Of a DNA stretch of 64,000 nucleotides, positions 38,459-55,663 are shown in pieces. The DNA is from Trichoplax sp. H2. Taxonomy: Eukaryota. Position 1 is the stretch's first letter. Each line of letters opens with the position of its first letter. The stretch lies in the NCBI GenBank assembly GCA_003344405.1, contig NOWV01000029.1:248001-312000 (forward strand), written 5' to 3'. Position numbers and translations under genes: made by a program. The notes beneath the pieces were generated by a model, which made no database searches, was not told the origin of the DNA, and saw only the letters and a list, made by a program, of their open reading frames with translations.

Positions 38459-39223
38459 TTATGATAATGAAAGCATAAAACGTTCAAAAGCGTCCAAAGG
38501 GATCACTCTTTCTAACAGGAAGCCTATGCAATTTTTTATAATCATAACACTCACTGTAATACAAATGGCCATAATATAGGAGGATTCAAGTAGAACCATA
38601 ATAGCTTCTGCATTGGAACATATAACCAATAACGATATCATGTAGAGGTAAACAGTGCTCAATTCTAGATCACTTCGCTCAGAAGTAGGAATTCTACCCC
38701 AAATGGCAGCACATAGAATAAATAATTTGCCAAAATTAGCTAGCAATAAACCACGAACAACAATCTTTCTATCACGCTGTTTGTATGTTGTTAAAGTAGG
38801 CAAGTAAACGACAATACGATACATGAGTTGGAAAGACAGTATAAAGAGTATGGTGGAAATGATAAAATAATAATAATAACGTAACTCTAGCTTGAAATAA
38901 TCATTTTGTCCACTGACAGAGAGATTGGTATTATAATGACGAGCATAAGCATCGGATAAGCAACCTATAGCAGTTAATCTCCAATGAAAATTAACTTGAC
39001 TATTAAATAACCAATGCCGGTAAGCAGCTGCTTTATGAAGTAGTAAATCAACAAATAGCGCCATAGCATCATATTCCACATATTTATCCACATCCTTTTT
39101 GCAATACTTGCAAATGGCTAATCTGGAGGCGCCATTGGAGAAAATTTTAAATAATTTTTCTATCGGGCAACCACACTCAACACAGATTAAACTTTGAGCA
39201 TCAAATGTCTTTTCTGAAGTCAT
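38459..39223 (-). CDS. ARV1: ARV1 (ER lipid/sterol homeostasis and GPI-synthesis factor), single coding exon, 254 aa
   Basis: ARV1 homology domain CVECG...CKYCKKDVDKYVEYD...DLLLHKAAAYRHWLFN, followed by several hydrophobic transmembrane segments. Confidence 0.93.
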   Translation of the reverse strand: MTSEKTFDAQSLICVECGCPIEKLFKIFSNGASRLAICKYCKKDVDKYVEYDAMALFVDLLLHKAAAYRHWLFNSQVNFHWRLTAIGCLSDAYARHYNTNLSVSGQNDYFKLELRYYYYFIISTILFILSFQLMYRIVVYLPTLTTYKQRDRKIVVRGLLLANFGKLFILCAAIWGRIPTSERSDLELSTVYLYMISLLVICSNAEAIMVLLESSYIMAICITVSVMIIKNCIGFLLERVIPLDAFERFMLSLS

Positions 39224-39829
39224 TTTCCTTCTCCAATTTTTATTCTACTCTTCTATCGACTCCAATTCGTTTAATCCTAGGTCGTAAAAGCATTTCATTC
39301 AGCTCTTCTTCCTAGCTGCTTTCATTACGATCGCATAGCAAGATATTTCACGTACAAGGGTAGTTATCTACTGCTCGATAAAAGTCTATATCCAAATCTT
39401 CTGCTAATACTAGCTAAGATCTATCTTAAAGCGATCTATTCGAGCTTGAAAGCATGAAAAATAGTGAAGTAAATCCAATTTTAAGCAAGTCGTGAGCAGA
39501 AATGCTGCGCCATTTTGAAGCAGCAGCAGCAGCAGCCAGCTCGCTCCTGTTATCTGCAAGAAATCTTCATACTACTAGCTGGTCGTGCATTGACTTGAAG
39601 GAGATTATACGAGCGTGTAATCATGTACGGAGCATACAATAGCATGCAGCATTGCTCACCATAGAGTTTCTATCTAATCATTGCAGGTGGATAGAATTTA
39701 CTGTAAGACGTACTCAACTTAGCGTTATGGTATAGCCAATCGATTGCAGTACGGTATTATACAATATACTACAATACAGTATAAGAATATCGCCGTAAAC
39801 GTACAGTACTGCAGTATAGTCAAGAAGTC
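39224..39829. promoter_or_regulatory. Candidate bidirectional promoter between ARV1 and BLOC1S4
   Basis: The two ATGs are head-to-head ~600 bp apart. The interval has a YY1-like CGCCATTTT at 39508-39516, a short (GCA)n run and CAGTA pentamers. Confidence 0.5.
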
Positions 39830-42714
39830 ATGGCGACGGCAGCTGATGGCAGCGATGATGTAGAGGAAATGGAATTATCCACCGAAGAAATGGCCAATAG
39901 ATTGTCCGAAGTCTATGCTACTTACCCAGTTGTTAACGTTGATGGCCAAGTAAGTTGTAGCTTGTGAATACCAGTTGAAAGATACAATTAGAATTAGCAT
40001 TAACCGAGTCGAGTGAGCGATATTTGAGGCAGATTGCAGCGCTAGTGCTAATCTTATTGGTTGTCCTTTGATAATAATTATTGCTATAATTATTGCTATA
40101 ATTGCCTTGGAATAACGCTAAAATAATCTTAATGCAAGACTATCGAGTTGCCCAGATCCACAGTATTGTAACAATCATCTTTCATGTATCCGGTATTAAG
40201 CTTATGATTGCTGATGCTCTGTATAAACAATTGAGTTTGAAAATCAAGTTGGAAGGTTGATCTTTAAGAGTCTTCCTAAATTATTTTAAATTTGGACACA
40301 AATTATCCCATAAAACTACGATAGCAAGGTATATTAGGTGGACTATCTCCAGCTAAGGTATAATGGTCATGGGATAAATGCTAAATAATCGTAATGAAAT
40401 ACTATCCAGTTGCCTACGTCTGCACTTATTGCAAGCATCATCAGAAATGTTGAAATATTGGCCTACTCAACTTGATTGCTATAATTATAATGGAAAAATT
40501 GAAGACAGCTAATTCTAAAATCGACACAGATTGTTCCATAGAACTATCACAGCAGAGTATATTTGGTAGCTTATTTTGCGTCAAGTTATGATAGTTATGG
40601 GATGATGCTAAAGAACCTTAGTGGGATCTATCCAGTCGCCTAAGCTTGAGCTTATTACAAGAATCATCATCAGAAATGTTGCCATTTTGACCTAATCAAC
40701 TTTACTGCTATGTTAGGGGGTTTAGAACTACTGATTCTAAAATCGACACAGATTCATAGAACTACGATAGTAGAGTATATTAGGTAAACTATCTTAGGCT
40801 AAATCATAATTGTCATTACGGTATTTGTTATACAGCTAATAACACTTATATACGAACTTACACAGATTGTGAGATGCCTCTACCACGGAATATGCTAAGT
40901 AGCTTTACCTTGAGTTAAGTCATGATGGTCATGGAATAACGCTAGATAACCCTAATGGAATACTATCAAATTGCCCAGGCCCACATTTATTATAAGAATC
41001 ACCAGAAATGGTACTCAATTTTGTTGCAAAGTTAATGATTACTGAAATTCACAGATTCTCAATTCTCCACATTCATAACAGCAGTTACGATCGATGTAGA
41101 TATTTAAAATTATTTAGAATGCTTAAAGGTTCTCAAATTAAAGAAGTTCAAGCTATTTATATCGTGCATCAGCAGTCACAAGCTTTATAATAAATACAGT
41201 AAAAATGGCTTCTGTAATACAGTAGGTTAAATTATCTTGGGCTAAAGTCACTCCTTTATATCTAATTAAAACATACGTCTATCTCCTACTTTTAGCAACT
41301 TTAATTGCCTTGAATCGAGTCATTGTATATGCCATTTTCATCGCATTATAGATTAAGAAATTGGAAGGCAATGTTGAATCGATGTTGCTAAGATTAGATG
41401 AATTTAGTAGCCTACTAGATCAGGTAAAGATTCCTAAGAATTGAATTCAACTGCATTTGAAAATGCTTGCTCCTAAATTAAAATCAAACTGTTGACCCCT
41501 TATTCAGCTGCGCTTTCGTTTGTTTGTATTTACTGTAGGTGCGGCAAGAATCTGAAAGTGTAACGGAAGGATATCTACCCGAATTGCAGAGTAAATGTAT
41601 GGAAATGAATAAAGTTTTTGAAAAGGTTGAAAAACTTGAGGTATATTTTAGCTAGTGTTAGCAATATATCATAAATTTTTATAGGATGAAAAATACCCAT
41701 TTAGAACGATACTATAACTGTCTCAATTAAGCTTTTCGATCTTTATTGGCCTCAAAAGTCTTCAATCGCATACAATGACATAACTATCTATTTACTATTT
41801 CTAGTAAAATCTTTACGTATCAAATTTTGTACTGTCGACCTCTCCACTAAGATATATGCGTATATAGAATGAAAACTTATGCTAAGCTTTCCTATAATAC
41901 AGGATTAATAATGTGACTCCTATAAAAATATACCACCGACTAAAACTTGGATAGATCCACATAGATTAGACGTTGCGACAATAACTTTTGCTAATAACTA
42001 ATGATTAAACTTTATAATTATATACTACAATATAAGAACTTGTGTATCTCTTTCAGGCATTCGTAAGTATTGTCAGGAGCAATGTTGATGCTATTGAAGA
42101 ACGTGTAGAATTAGCAGAAAAGGAGCTTGATACTAATACTTTTAAGAAAGCTCTAAGTTCGCTGCCACTTTCTGGATTGTTTTCTGTACGTATTGCCCCA
42201 TAATTAATAATCGGTTAATGTAAAACCTTTCTTACATTTGAAACTTATCGATATTTTATGTGCCTAGAGTTATATGTACTTTGATCAGGGCTGCATAAAA
42301 TAGCAATTGTTTACTATACACGAACACAAGTAGAGAATAGATGATACTTAGATACTCTCACCACACTACATTTTTACTGTATACATTTATGCTGTTTTTT
42401 GCTTAATCATATAATTTAGTCATGCCATTAGAGCTTATTGCGTCATATCATAGAAACTTTTAAAAAACAATACTTAGAAGTCGTAATCTATTCTTAGTTA
42501 AATTGCATTCCATTCTATTGACTTAGCTATCCAATTTAAAATTTTCCATCGCCATAAATATAAACTAAATAATATTCACCGTATATATTTATAATACTCT
42601 TAGCGGAAAAAATCTTCGCAACAACCCAACCAGAAAATGCCCACTAAAAATTGGCAACCTCCAGAATTATTTAAGACAGCCGATTATTTTCAAAGTAGCC
42701 AAACTGACCAGTAA
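39830..42714 (+). CDS. BLOC1S4: BLOC-1 subunit 4 (cappuccino), 5 exons, ~177 aa
   Basis: Phase-0 exons 39830-39949, 41352-41423, 41539-41640, 42057-42185 and 42604-42714. Motifs VESMLLRLDEF, FEKVEKLEAFVSIV, EERVELAEKEL and WQPPELFKTADYF. Confidence 0.85.
40050..41250. repeat. Degenerate tandem repeat of ~220-240 bp in BLOC1S4 intron 1
   Basis: CATAGAACTA-like blocks at ~40310, 40537 and 40755. ATCATCAGAAATGTTG and TTCTAAAATCGACACAGATT also recur. Confidence 0.65.
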
Positions 42715-43339
42715 CCTGGAAAATACTCAACCAATTGACTCTATAGAGCCAAGCTTAACGAATAAATCCATTTCCAAGGAGGCAAAGTTTTTCGGAAAAT
42801 ATTGATATCAATCTAATAATTTACTTTTTCCCTGATAACTTACAGCTTGTGAAATAAATTATATTAATTGTACTATTAGGATAAATAATTAGTGATTGTA
42901 CAGGGTATTTTGAAAAAATTTGACTTTATTTAACTCGCGTTAATACATTTTTACATTATCTATACGATAAACTTTCATAAATTATTGAAAACCTGAAAAA
43001 CAAGTATGACTTATGGTCGTATTAAAAAGAAATAAACGATATCTTTTAAACGAGTACTATGATTTCACAGAATTTGTATCATTGATGAAAGTATCTATGT
43101 ATTTATCTACTGTGCTACAATACAAGTTATTAAATAATTACAAGTGTTGCCTGTCATAGTTTATAAATAAACTGCCTACCTATCTTTGCAGTAGCTTTAA
43201 GTAGATATTGCATTTTCAACTTAACACACTGTCACTTAAGATGTAATAATGTATTTTTTATGTCCACTTACAGTACAGCGATGTTTTAAATTAACCCAGT
43301 TACGCCTATTTTGAAATTTATTGACTTATTAAATCACGC

Positions 43340-44870
43340 AAATACGTGATGTACGTGTTTAGTAGTTCATGATATAGACGACGTATTGAGAGCTCACGGT
43401 GCCTGTGATACATTTATAGCTCATTTAAGTAGCATTTGCAAACTCTACATAAAGCCAACCTGTAAATACGCAGCCTATGATACATCTAGTAGTACTGGTA
43501 GGTCATAGCATACAGTGCATGATGTCTTTAGCAATTTTATAATATACATACAATATATTTAGAGCTGCTACTGATATCCAGACTTCATATTGTACTCGGT
43601 GCATTTAGTAGAATCCAATTATCATAGTAAATAGGCACTTTAGTACACGGTATAAAGTTACTGAGCCTCTGACAGGTCTATCAAATGGTAATACTATCTG
43701 TTAAATGAGCACATTATCGTAAACCGTCAGCAAAGCGACGGGAGTTTGTACTTGTAATACTAATTTTAAAACAGCACTCGGCCTGTAAACCCGGATAAAG
43801 TACATGATAGGCATTATTAAGAAATAGAGGCTACAATCCTATTATGATGAGCTAGACCCGTTATTGTATTGCACTGGTAGTATTTGTAATATGTATATCC
43901 AGTTACTAGTGTTATACAATTAATATATGATGCATTTAACAGTTCCTGATGTAGAAGATATACACTTGTACAGTATTTACTCAATACTATTTACAACTCC
44001 CAATAAATACGTATACGATCTATTTAGACCTCATGACGCACGTAGTGAACTTAGCAATCATAAGTTAACATTTGCAAACTGCTGTGTAGTGCTAACGATG
44101 AAATACGTAGTCAATGATATTTACAGTATGATACCTCTACTACCTTGGATCATCACACGGATATACTGTCCAACATATGGTGTATTTAGCAATCTGTGAT
44201 GTTGATGATAGATTGAGCAGATAGAGAAAAAGAGCGAATAAAGAGTGCAACTTGTAATGCTTAAAACTGTGTGAAGTTATATTGGACTACAGTAGTAATT
44301 AGATTATTAGCGCTTACGATGTACAGTACATGTACATGAGTCAACATCTGCGAACTGCTGCATGCAGTAGTACCAGATACCACTAGATACTATATATAGT
44401 ATCTACAGACTAACTACAGTATATGGCTGTATGCTGTAGTATCTAGAGGTTCATGATAGTATCAACGTGTAGATATACATAGTCAATGATATTTCTAGTA
44501 GGTCATAGCAAACTGTATTATAATTATGCTTAGCAGTTGGTGTACACACGTAGCGAAGTAAAGAATGTGGCAGCCCACAAATGGACATCTGTAAACTATT
44601 ACCAGTAACTACGGAGTCCATGATACGATGATAGATTCGTCTATCTAGTATGACATATTTAGCAGTTGATGAAATATATGTAGAGCTGATGGTGTATACG
44701 ATGATGCATTCAGTAGTCTACGAGTTGTTACTATCAACATTAGCAAACTACCAGATGGTGCCAACGGGCGTTGAAACCCCTTGACTGCTAAATATATCGA
44801 TGGTGTTTACTTCTTTCAGAATGGATGATTACATGACGTATTTAATAGTCCATGATGTATTTAATGACTT
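43340..44870. repeat. Highly degenerate minisatellite-like region (consensus approx. CATGATGTATTTAGCAGT)
   Basis: Variants include CATGATGTCTTTAGCAAT (~43518), ATGGTGTATTTAGCAATC (~44177), ATGACATATTTAGCAGTT (~44650) and CATGACGTATTTAATAGTCCATGATGTATTTAAT (~44832). Confidence 0.5.
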
Positions 44871-47506
44871 TGAAAGCTTTTAATTATACTGTAGTCGTTC
44901 ATTTTAGAGCTATTCAATAGTCCGATGAGGATTATTGACCGATTTAGACGCTGGAAAGCGCCACTAGAGAGCTCCAACTGCTAGCCCACACATGGAAAGC
45001 AAACGTGTCAAATGGACTGTTCTGATCGCAGTACTACGCATGTGCGATGCGTTTTTGTTTATATAAGGTGGGTATGTCCCTAGGCAGCCACTTAAAAGCC
45101 ATCAGCTACACAAGTACCCAAACATGGCTTCTATTGATAGTAAATTAACCACGAATACGGATTTTGTATGATAAACTATAGGCTCAATCCGTCAAGCGTA
45201 TGATTCATCGTCGTCTACGCTATACAAAAGTCTATTTTATCAAGTAGCGTTTAAGTAGTAAAAGTCGAAAGCATCACGTTATCCCATCATCAATATATAT
45301 TTAATCGATATAGTAAATAGAAAGAATAAAATTCATCGAAAAGCCCACGGGAGAACTTAGCTAGTCTTACAGCCATTGATCGACTGGCAAATTTCATCGA
45401 CTAGTAGCAAGACGGAAAATACTTGGCCTAACATTACCCCTCAAGCCTGAAATTAAACCATTATTAGAGCAAGGTAATCGATTATCATGATGTAAAATTG
45501 CGGTTAAAATGGAGAATGTAAAACTAATTTTCATCGCTCGGTTTCATGCTTAATCATCGTCAAGGAGACTGTTGTACAATTAGAGTAAATTGATTACACG
45601 TTCCATCTCATCTTGGAGAGCATCACTATCGTGTCGATATGATCATCAACAATCTTTGCAAGCAAGGCTTACGTACTTTACATTGTTTATGATGATATGT
45701 TGTGAAAATGAATTAAACGTGCACCATGGTTCTTCATTCGCGCATAATAGAATCTTCTCTTTACCCTATCCGGGAATCGAATTCTACATGGTTATTGGTT
45801 TGCAATAGGGCCTATTCAATAGAAATCACAACTAGATATAGTATAATGATTGCTAGTAATCGCTATATTTCTTATACGACATCTTCTAAAAGCGAAATTT
45901 ATGGGTGATAAAAATGATCATTCGGCCTTGCTTTAGCAACCATTCTGTCCACCCATTAGCAACTGCCCTCTTTAATAACGAAACAATAATGGAGTCATCA
46001 AGTGTGGTAGAGTAAAAGGCATACATTACTCGAAATGGACTACGTAGAAATTTCGAGTAGTCCTTCGTAAAGCTTTTATTGTATCTACTCTCTAGATAGG
46101 ATAAAATTAGATCTGATGTACGGTAGATCAGAAATCATCGTCCACGCTTCGATGCTAGCCAATGATTCCCATCATACTGTTCGATCCATCAACAACTCCT
46201 ATCGTATAGTAAAATGTATAGACAACAATGGAGTTATTAAGCGGGGCATAGCACAGCTTTGATGGTGTAGACGATCAAAATGGTGTAAAATGAGATATTT
46301 AATAGAATAGAAATTGTCGTTAATATCGCTATCCTAAACAACATATCGTATTATTCCCATCAGTTAAGAATTGCCTTCTTTCACAAATTGAAACGCTACA
46401 CTTGATCCTGCAACTTTCTCAATTTCGAAAGAGCTATCACGCCATACAGATCGATTTCAACTAGCATAAAATGAGTTATAATATAGAATAAAAAGTATCT
46501 TTGAATAGCTCTATCCAATACTTTACTAGTACTGTAATATCATGAATAATGACTAAAAGCACACTTATGTTGCTATAGTAAGATCTACTTTCAACACGAG
46601 TTGTTTAAATATCACTCTTCAGCCAAACTGAAAAAGACGTAGCCATAAGTAATATTGACCAGTTTTCTGCTAATTGAACCATACCATCTTTCTCTTCACC
46701 TTGTATCGTCAATTTTATAACCTCACGGCTGTATTTTACTCTTATTGCAACACTTTTATTTTGTTAATGATGCTGTACTGTAAATAATTCAAAAAGAGAT
46801 CGAACAGTCTACGGCTGCAGACAATTTTCAGTTGTTGCACTAGTAATTTGTCAAATAATATCCATTCCAATTCCATACCATAATTTGTACGAGTTGAATA
46901 AACCAATAAATCTAATGGTAATCAATTTTAAATAAATCTAATTATGCTAGCAGATGTTGAAACATTTTACTAAAGCATTGACTCCAATATCCTGTTATTA
47001 AAACAATTTATATTCATTTTCCCATCATGTCTACGGTAGACGGTCTAGCACGCAACGAAATGTTTTTACAACGTAATCTCTTCGATTTTTTTATCTTCAT
47101 GCGCTAGCTTACTGTAGTTTCGTTTAGGAAAGTCCACTTTTTACTACAACTAATTTAAAGTCATGGATATTCATTACTTCCTGACCATCTTACAGTACTG
47201 GATATGATCATTTTATCTCATAATTCTATGATATAATAATTTTAAACGCTGATAAAGATAAAATATTGCATGTCAAGTTTTATTTGCTTCTCTATTCAAC
47301 CTCGTACTACCAACTAATCGTTAAGCTAAAGTGTTGAATACAATTCTTTGCAAATGGTCTATTCGTTCCTTATACTCATTCGTTGTAAATCATGGATAAG
47401 AAATCTATGTCAATTATTTTACTTCTGGTAGATTATCGTAATAACACATTGTTTCTATTTCCATAGGATTCGTTATAGCCTTAAGATATAGGAAAGATCA
47501 ATCAGT

Positions 47507-50744
<3,238 letters not shown>

Positions 50745-51264
50745 TAATCTCAATTATTTTTAATGCGTAACAGATGATGTTCTTGGCTTAAAATGATTTT
50801 ACGTTGATGGTGGCAGTTAATCCTACTATTATTAGAAAGTTACCTTTATTGTAAATGTGGTTATGTATGGAAGCATGCACTATTGTTTTTAGCTCTTACT
50901 CCAATTTGTCGAACAATAAGCCTTTAATCGTGTATAATTGACTGCTAATGCCGTCTAAAAATACGTTAGAAATCTTTTATTGTATATCTTTTTATATTGT
51001 TGCTAATTTTATTTGTGAACTATATTATATTTTAAACTAACAAACAGTCGAATTTCTGTTTGTATATTAATCGAGAAGATAATATTTATGTTCTATCTTA
51101 CCTGTTTCTCCTATTAACTCACTAAAATATTATTGTTGTATTAAAGATTCGTTAACTAAATTTTATGTTCTATTAGCTCAAATTCTTGTAACGATACTTC
51201 ATCGAGCTCCTTACACTCCGTTTACATAGAATTATCAAGCCTACAAACCGTTTGATCTTTTAGC

Positions 51265-51423
51265 ATTGAATCGATTCAAGCCGTTGTTAACTTAATATCT
51301 AATGTACAGCGTATAATGGCATGCTACTCAATCACGATTAGCTCTTTTAATATGAAATCGATTCAAGCTGTCGTTAAATCAATATCTACTGCATAGTATA
51401 TAATGGTATTCTGCTCAATCACT
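51265..51423. repeat. Two-copy ~88-bp tandem repeat between the TDH and MVD 3' ends
   Basis: AATCGATTCAAGC..GTTAA..AATATCTA..GTATAATGG..CTCAATCAC occurs twice. Confidence 0.7.
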
Positions 51424-52370
51424 ATATCAGTTTGTCTCACAATCTTTAAGGCTAGATAGGATTGATCCATCCCGTGATATTATAGAATGTACTACATTCG
51501 GCAGAATACATAACAATTGTCGTAACCTACATATTATATAAATAAGTATCGTTATCTATCAGGCAAGGTCCTTCACAACTATAAGGTCATATCTTTGATT
51601 ATAATTACTATCCTTGCAATATAGTTCATAAAAAGCTTAAATTTTTATTGCAAGTGTCATTCACAAACCATCGTAAATGCTATTAAAAGAGTCGAAATTA
51701 CAACATTATCCATTCAGGAAACATCGTGCATCAAGCCTAATAAGTACTAAAGTGCCAAGAAAATCATAAAATAACATATATTATTGCTATTGCGATGAAG
51801 TAGGTACGCGTACTTATCGCATCTTAGTATTTGGCTGAAACCGATACTAAATGTGATAATTTGTTGATGTCGACTACACCAAAATGTATTTAACATTAAT
51901 GTACTAATATTTGCAATCACTTAACAATCCTGTACGAACAGAGTATGAGTATGTGAGTGGTTCGAGCCAAGATATATAGCAAAAATATTAAAATTCGGTG
52001 AATTACAAATATAAGACAATAGCAGTCTTCATTTTAAATCTGCAAAGCCACTTTCTAAATTTGGAATACTATGCAAGTAAAATTTTGTATTGTTTCCTAT
52101 ACAATTCTTAGACTTAAAATAACCAAAACTATTAAAGGATGAGTGTGTGATATGCCCATATTCATATTACGTATAGACTTCTGAAGAAAACAATCACAAA
52201 AAATGAGTTATTTCAGAATTTTTTCTTGTGCGGTAGTTGCCGGATATGTATAACTACATATCACGCGACGACCAGTACGTAAAGAGAAAATAAACCGAAC
52301 TTCTTACAATCTTCATCAACAAATACATTTAAAATATAGTTAATTAATCAAATAAGAATATGATAACAAA

Positions 52371-55300
52371 TTAGCACTTTGGCAGACCATCACCCCCGAG
52401 AAGGCTTTCATTATCATCTAATATAACACGTGGTCCACTACCGACCTGAAAGATTTTAGTAAATGGAGAAAACAAACTCTTACAAAACTTTACAAGTTCA
52501 ATTACCAAATACTGTAACATCATGCTAATAATCTTATAAAGCCCAAATATAATGAATGCCACAATACCCGAGTATGGATAATTCCAGTTAGACTGCCAGG
52601 CATTGGATCTAGACAGATGGTATTTTCGATTTCCTTACATATTCCAAAAGTCAACATTCAAAAAACATATTCCCAGAAGTTACATCAATGTACGATAATA
52701 ACTGATACATGATCATTATCTAGCAAATTAGGTACAATACCTTTGGAAATTCTTTTACATCAGAGTAGTTCGATAATCCTTGAATATAGCTAAATAGATC
52801 AAGCAACAAGTCAATACATTGCAAAGAAACAGACTCAAATCTACTTCAACTTAGAGATTACAAAAGTAATGACCAGGATATGCTGTAAAGTACCTATCAT
52901 AATTTTCTGTGCATGGAAAATAATGACATACTGCAGATAGAATTTGCGGTACATCTTTTGCTAGAACATATAAAACAGCATTTGGCCCAGCATCAAACGT
53001 ATAACAAGCCTGCGATGGAAATACAAACCATACTTGAATAAAATGAAGCCTTCATCAATCATTTACAAAGCTTTATATGTACATTATTAAGTGTACCTTA
53101 TACTCTCCACAATATTGATTAAAATGCGTTATCAATTGAACAATCTTATGTGAAATATCGTTCATATAGGCTATGGGTGGATAGGTATCCAGACAAACAG
53201 CATGGAACTGATTACTATCCTACGAAATGAAATTGATACACTCTTATCTTATAAGTATAAAGCAATTAATCGATTTCGTAGATTTAAATTATTCCAATTT
53301 TTCTCTATACAAAATAAAAAAACCTTCATCGTAATCTCGGCAAACGCTTGATAATTTTTCTGTTGGATTGCGGTCTCCATTTCTGTCATGAGTTTAGGAA
53401 CCAAGCTCTCAGCGCGATACTAAAAAGAAACAGTCAATATGATGCAACTTCATCGATTTTATTATTATTCTACAAAATCACAAACCTTTAATAATTTACT
53501 TGTTTTCACACTAGTCTGCATTCCAGATGTACTGCTTACTCCTTTCTTTTTATCACTTACCTATATATTCATTTTAAAAAAATGCATAAATCTACATTAT
53601 TCATATTTACAAGGATTTTATTAATTAAGCGGCTATTGCAGAAATTTGAATATCACCGTAATTAGCTAGTGACTCACAACTAAAATGAGGACTTCCATTT
53701 CAGGCCAGTGCGTCTCAGGTGTAACCTAATTCATATTAAAAATATATAACTTCCATGACGTTTATCCCGGTTTATACTCCATCATTAACGTCGTCTAACC
53801 TGAACAGCAATACTATCTGATCCATCGCTTTTATTCCCCATTTCCCACTTTACAAATCCACCGTACATACTTCTACAAGCACTACCTGAACCTTGTCTAA
53901 TGGTAAATTGTATTTTAGTAATTCCTAGGAAAGGTTAACCGCAACTATAATAAATATATAAGTCAATCTTGCCTTGCAATCATGGATAAGTCATCTTTAA
54001 GGTCATGCAATCGGCCGAGGGTATAGACTAGATTTAGATTAGATAGAATAGTGAATTAACAAAGGTAACTAGTAGAATCTTCTTTGTATTCAAAGTATTC
54101 ACCTAAACAGGCATATCCAGCAGCAGAAGATGCTAATCCAGCAGCCGTAGGAAAATTATTAACCGAACAGATGTGATAATGGCAGCCTTCTATTTCACTA
54201 CCACACCTACTTCTAACTGTAGTCCATTTTGATCAGATCATTAATTACTAGTTAAGTTAATGGCACGAAATTATGAAAAGTAGCAATAAGTACCCAATAA
54301 TTTTAGTATCATACTTGTACCGTAACATCAAAATTCTACGAGATTTATATTACAGATAAAATACTGGCAGAGAATACGTATTCCGCGTCTAAGCTGAATT
54401 AATGTACACACATGAAGAGCAACTAACTACATTATACAATAGGTACTGCAACATTACAAGAAGTAAATATAGTAAGAATATATTAGTTTACTTTGGTGTT
54501 CATTATGTGATAAACTCACCCTCTCTCAAGCAATTTTGTAACCTTTTACCAGTCGCGTCTTGTTCCCTTTAATAGCACAGGATAAAGATACGTGTTAAAT
54601 TAGCAAAACATCCAATTTACATCACTCTACAGTTAATTGATTCTATAGCTACCTAATAAACAAGTGAACGGTACATACCAAGTGTACGTTTACAAAATGC
54701 TTAGTATAAGAGTTGGTAGTACTGTAATAAGACATTAATAATAGCTTCAGAAGTCATTCCTTGACATTATACATACTTTCCATTAATCCATAGTCGATCA
54801 CGTTGGAATGATTTACTTATTGCAATAGTGGTTTTTGCACACATCTATTATTAATTAATTAAAACAACTGCGGGTAAGTATAGGAAATTATTGCATTGTG
54901 CAGCAGTACAATTACTATAGAATTTTTCGTTTGTGTAAGTTTGATATATGCCAATCTTAGCAAATACTTGTCGCTACAGTACACTACTACCATTATATCA
55001 TTACATAATTTAACTGATGATAACAAATATGTTCGTATTAATGTTTAATGATGCCGAATAAACATCTTTGTAATATCTTAGGTTGACCTGATCAGTACTC
55101 AAAGTACCACTTAGGGAAGAATTGATAGGCAAAATTAAATTTTCATCTCGTTTTCCCCCTATAATAGACGTATGAAAGAGTAAATACTTCAAGGTTAGGA
55201 TTGATAGTAACTTATTACCACTATTAATATCATCCTATATAGTAGAAAAAGGTACTTCTAAACGATATAGTTTTGATGTTACGAATTGAATGTATAACCA

Positions 55301-55663
55301 CTATTGATATCATCTTATACAGTGAAAAAAAGATGCCTCTAATACTGGAGGATTGCTCATAACCTATCTATCTATCTATCTATTGCTACTGTATATCATT
55401 CCTCAGCTAGCTAGTACAATTTTATCTAGACGTAAACCATCTACACACTATGCAATCCAAATGCATACACAAGAAATTTAATCGATCCATTATAAAAAGT
55501 TGACTGTACAAAGTATAAACTTTATCCATGCATGAATCCATGGTAACGTGCATTGATCCATCTGCAATCCATCATGGATGCAGTTTTCAATTTTCAACTT
55601 ACAATATTTGACGACAGCAATATTCACTGGTGCAATACACGTTGCTTGCTTTCTATCTGCCAT
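52371..55663 (-). CDS. MVD: Diphosphomevalonate decarboxylase, multi-exon
   Basis: Motifs [97 protein letters not shown] and VGSGP. One intron is GC-AG (53897-53972). Confidence 0.96.
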
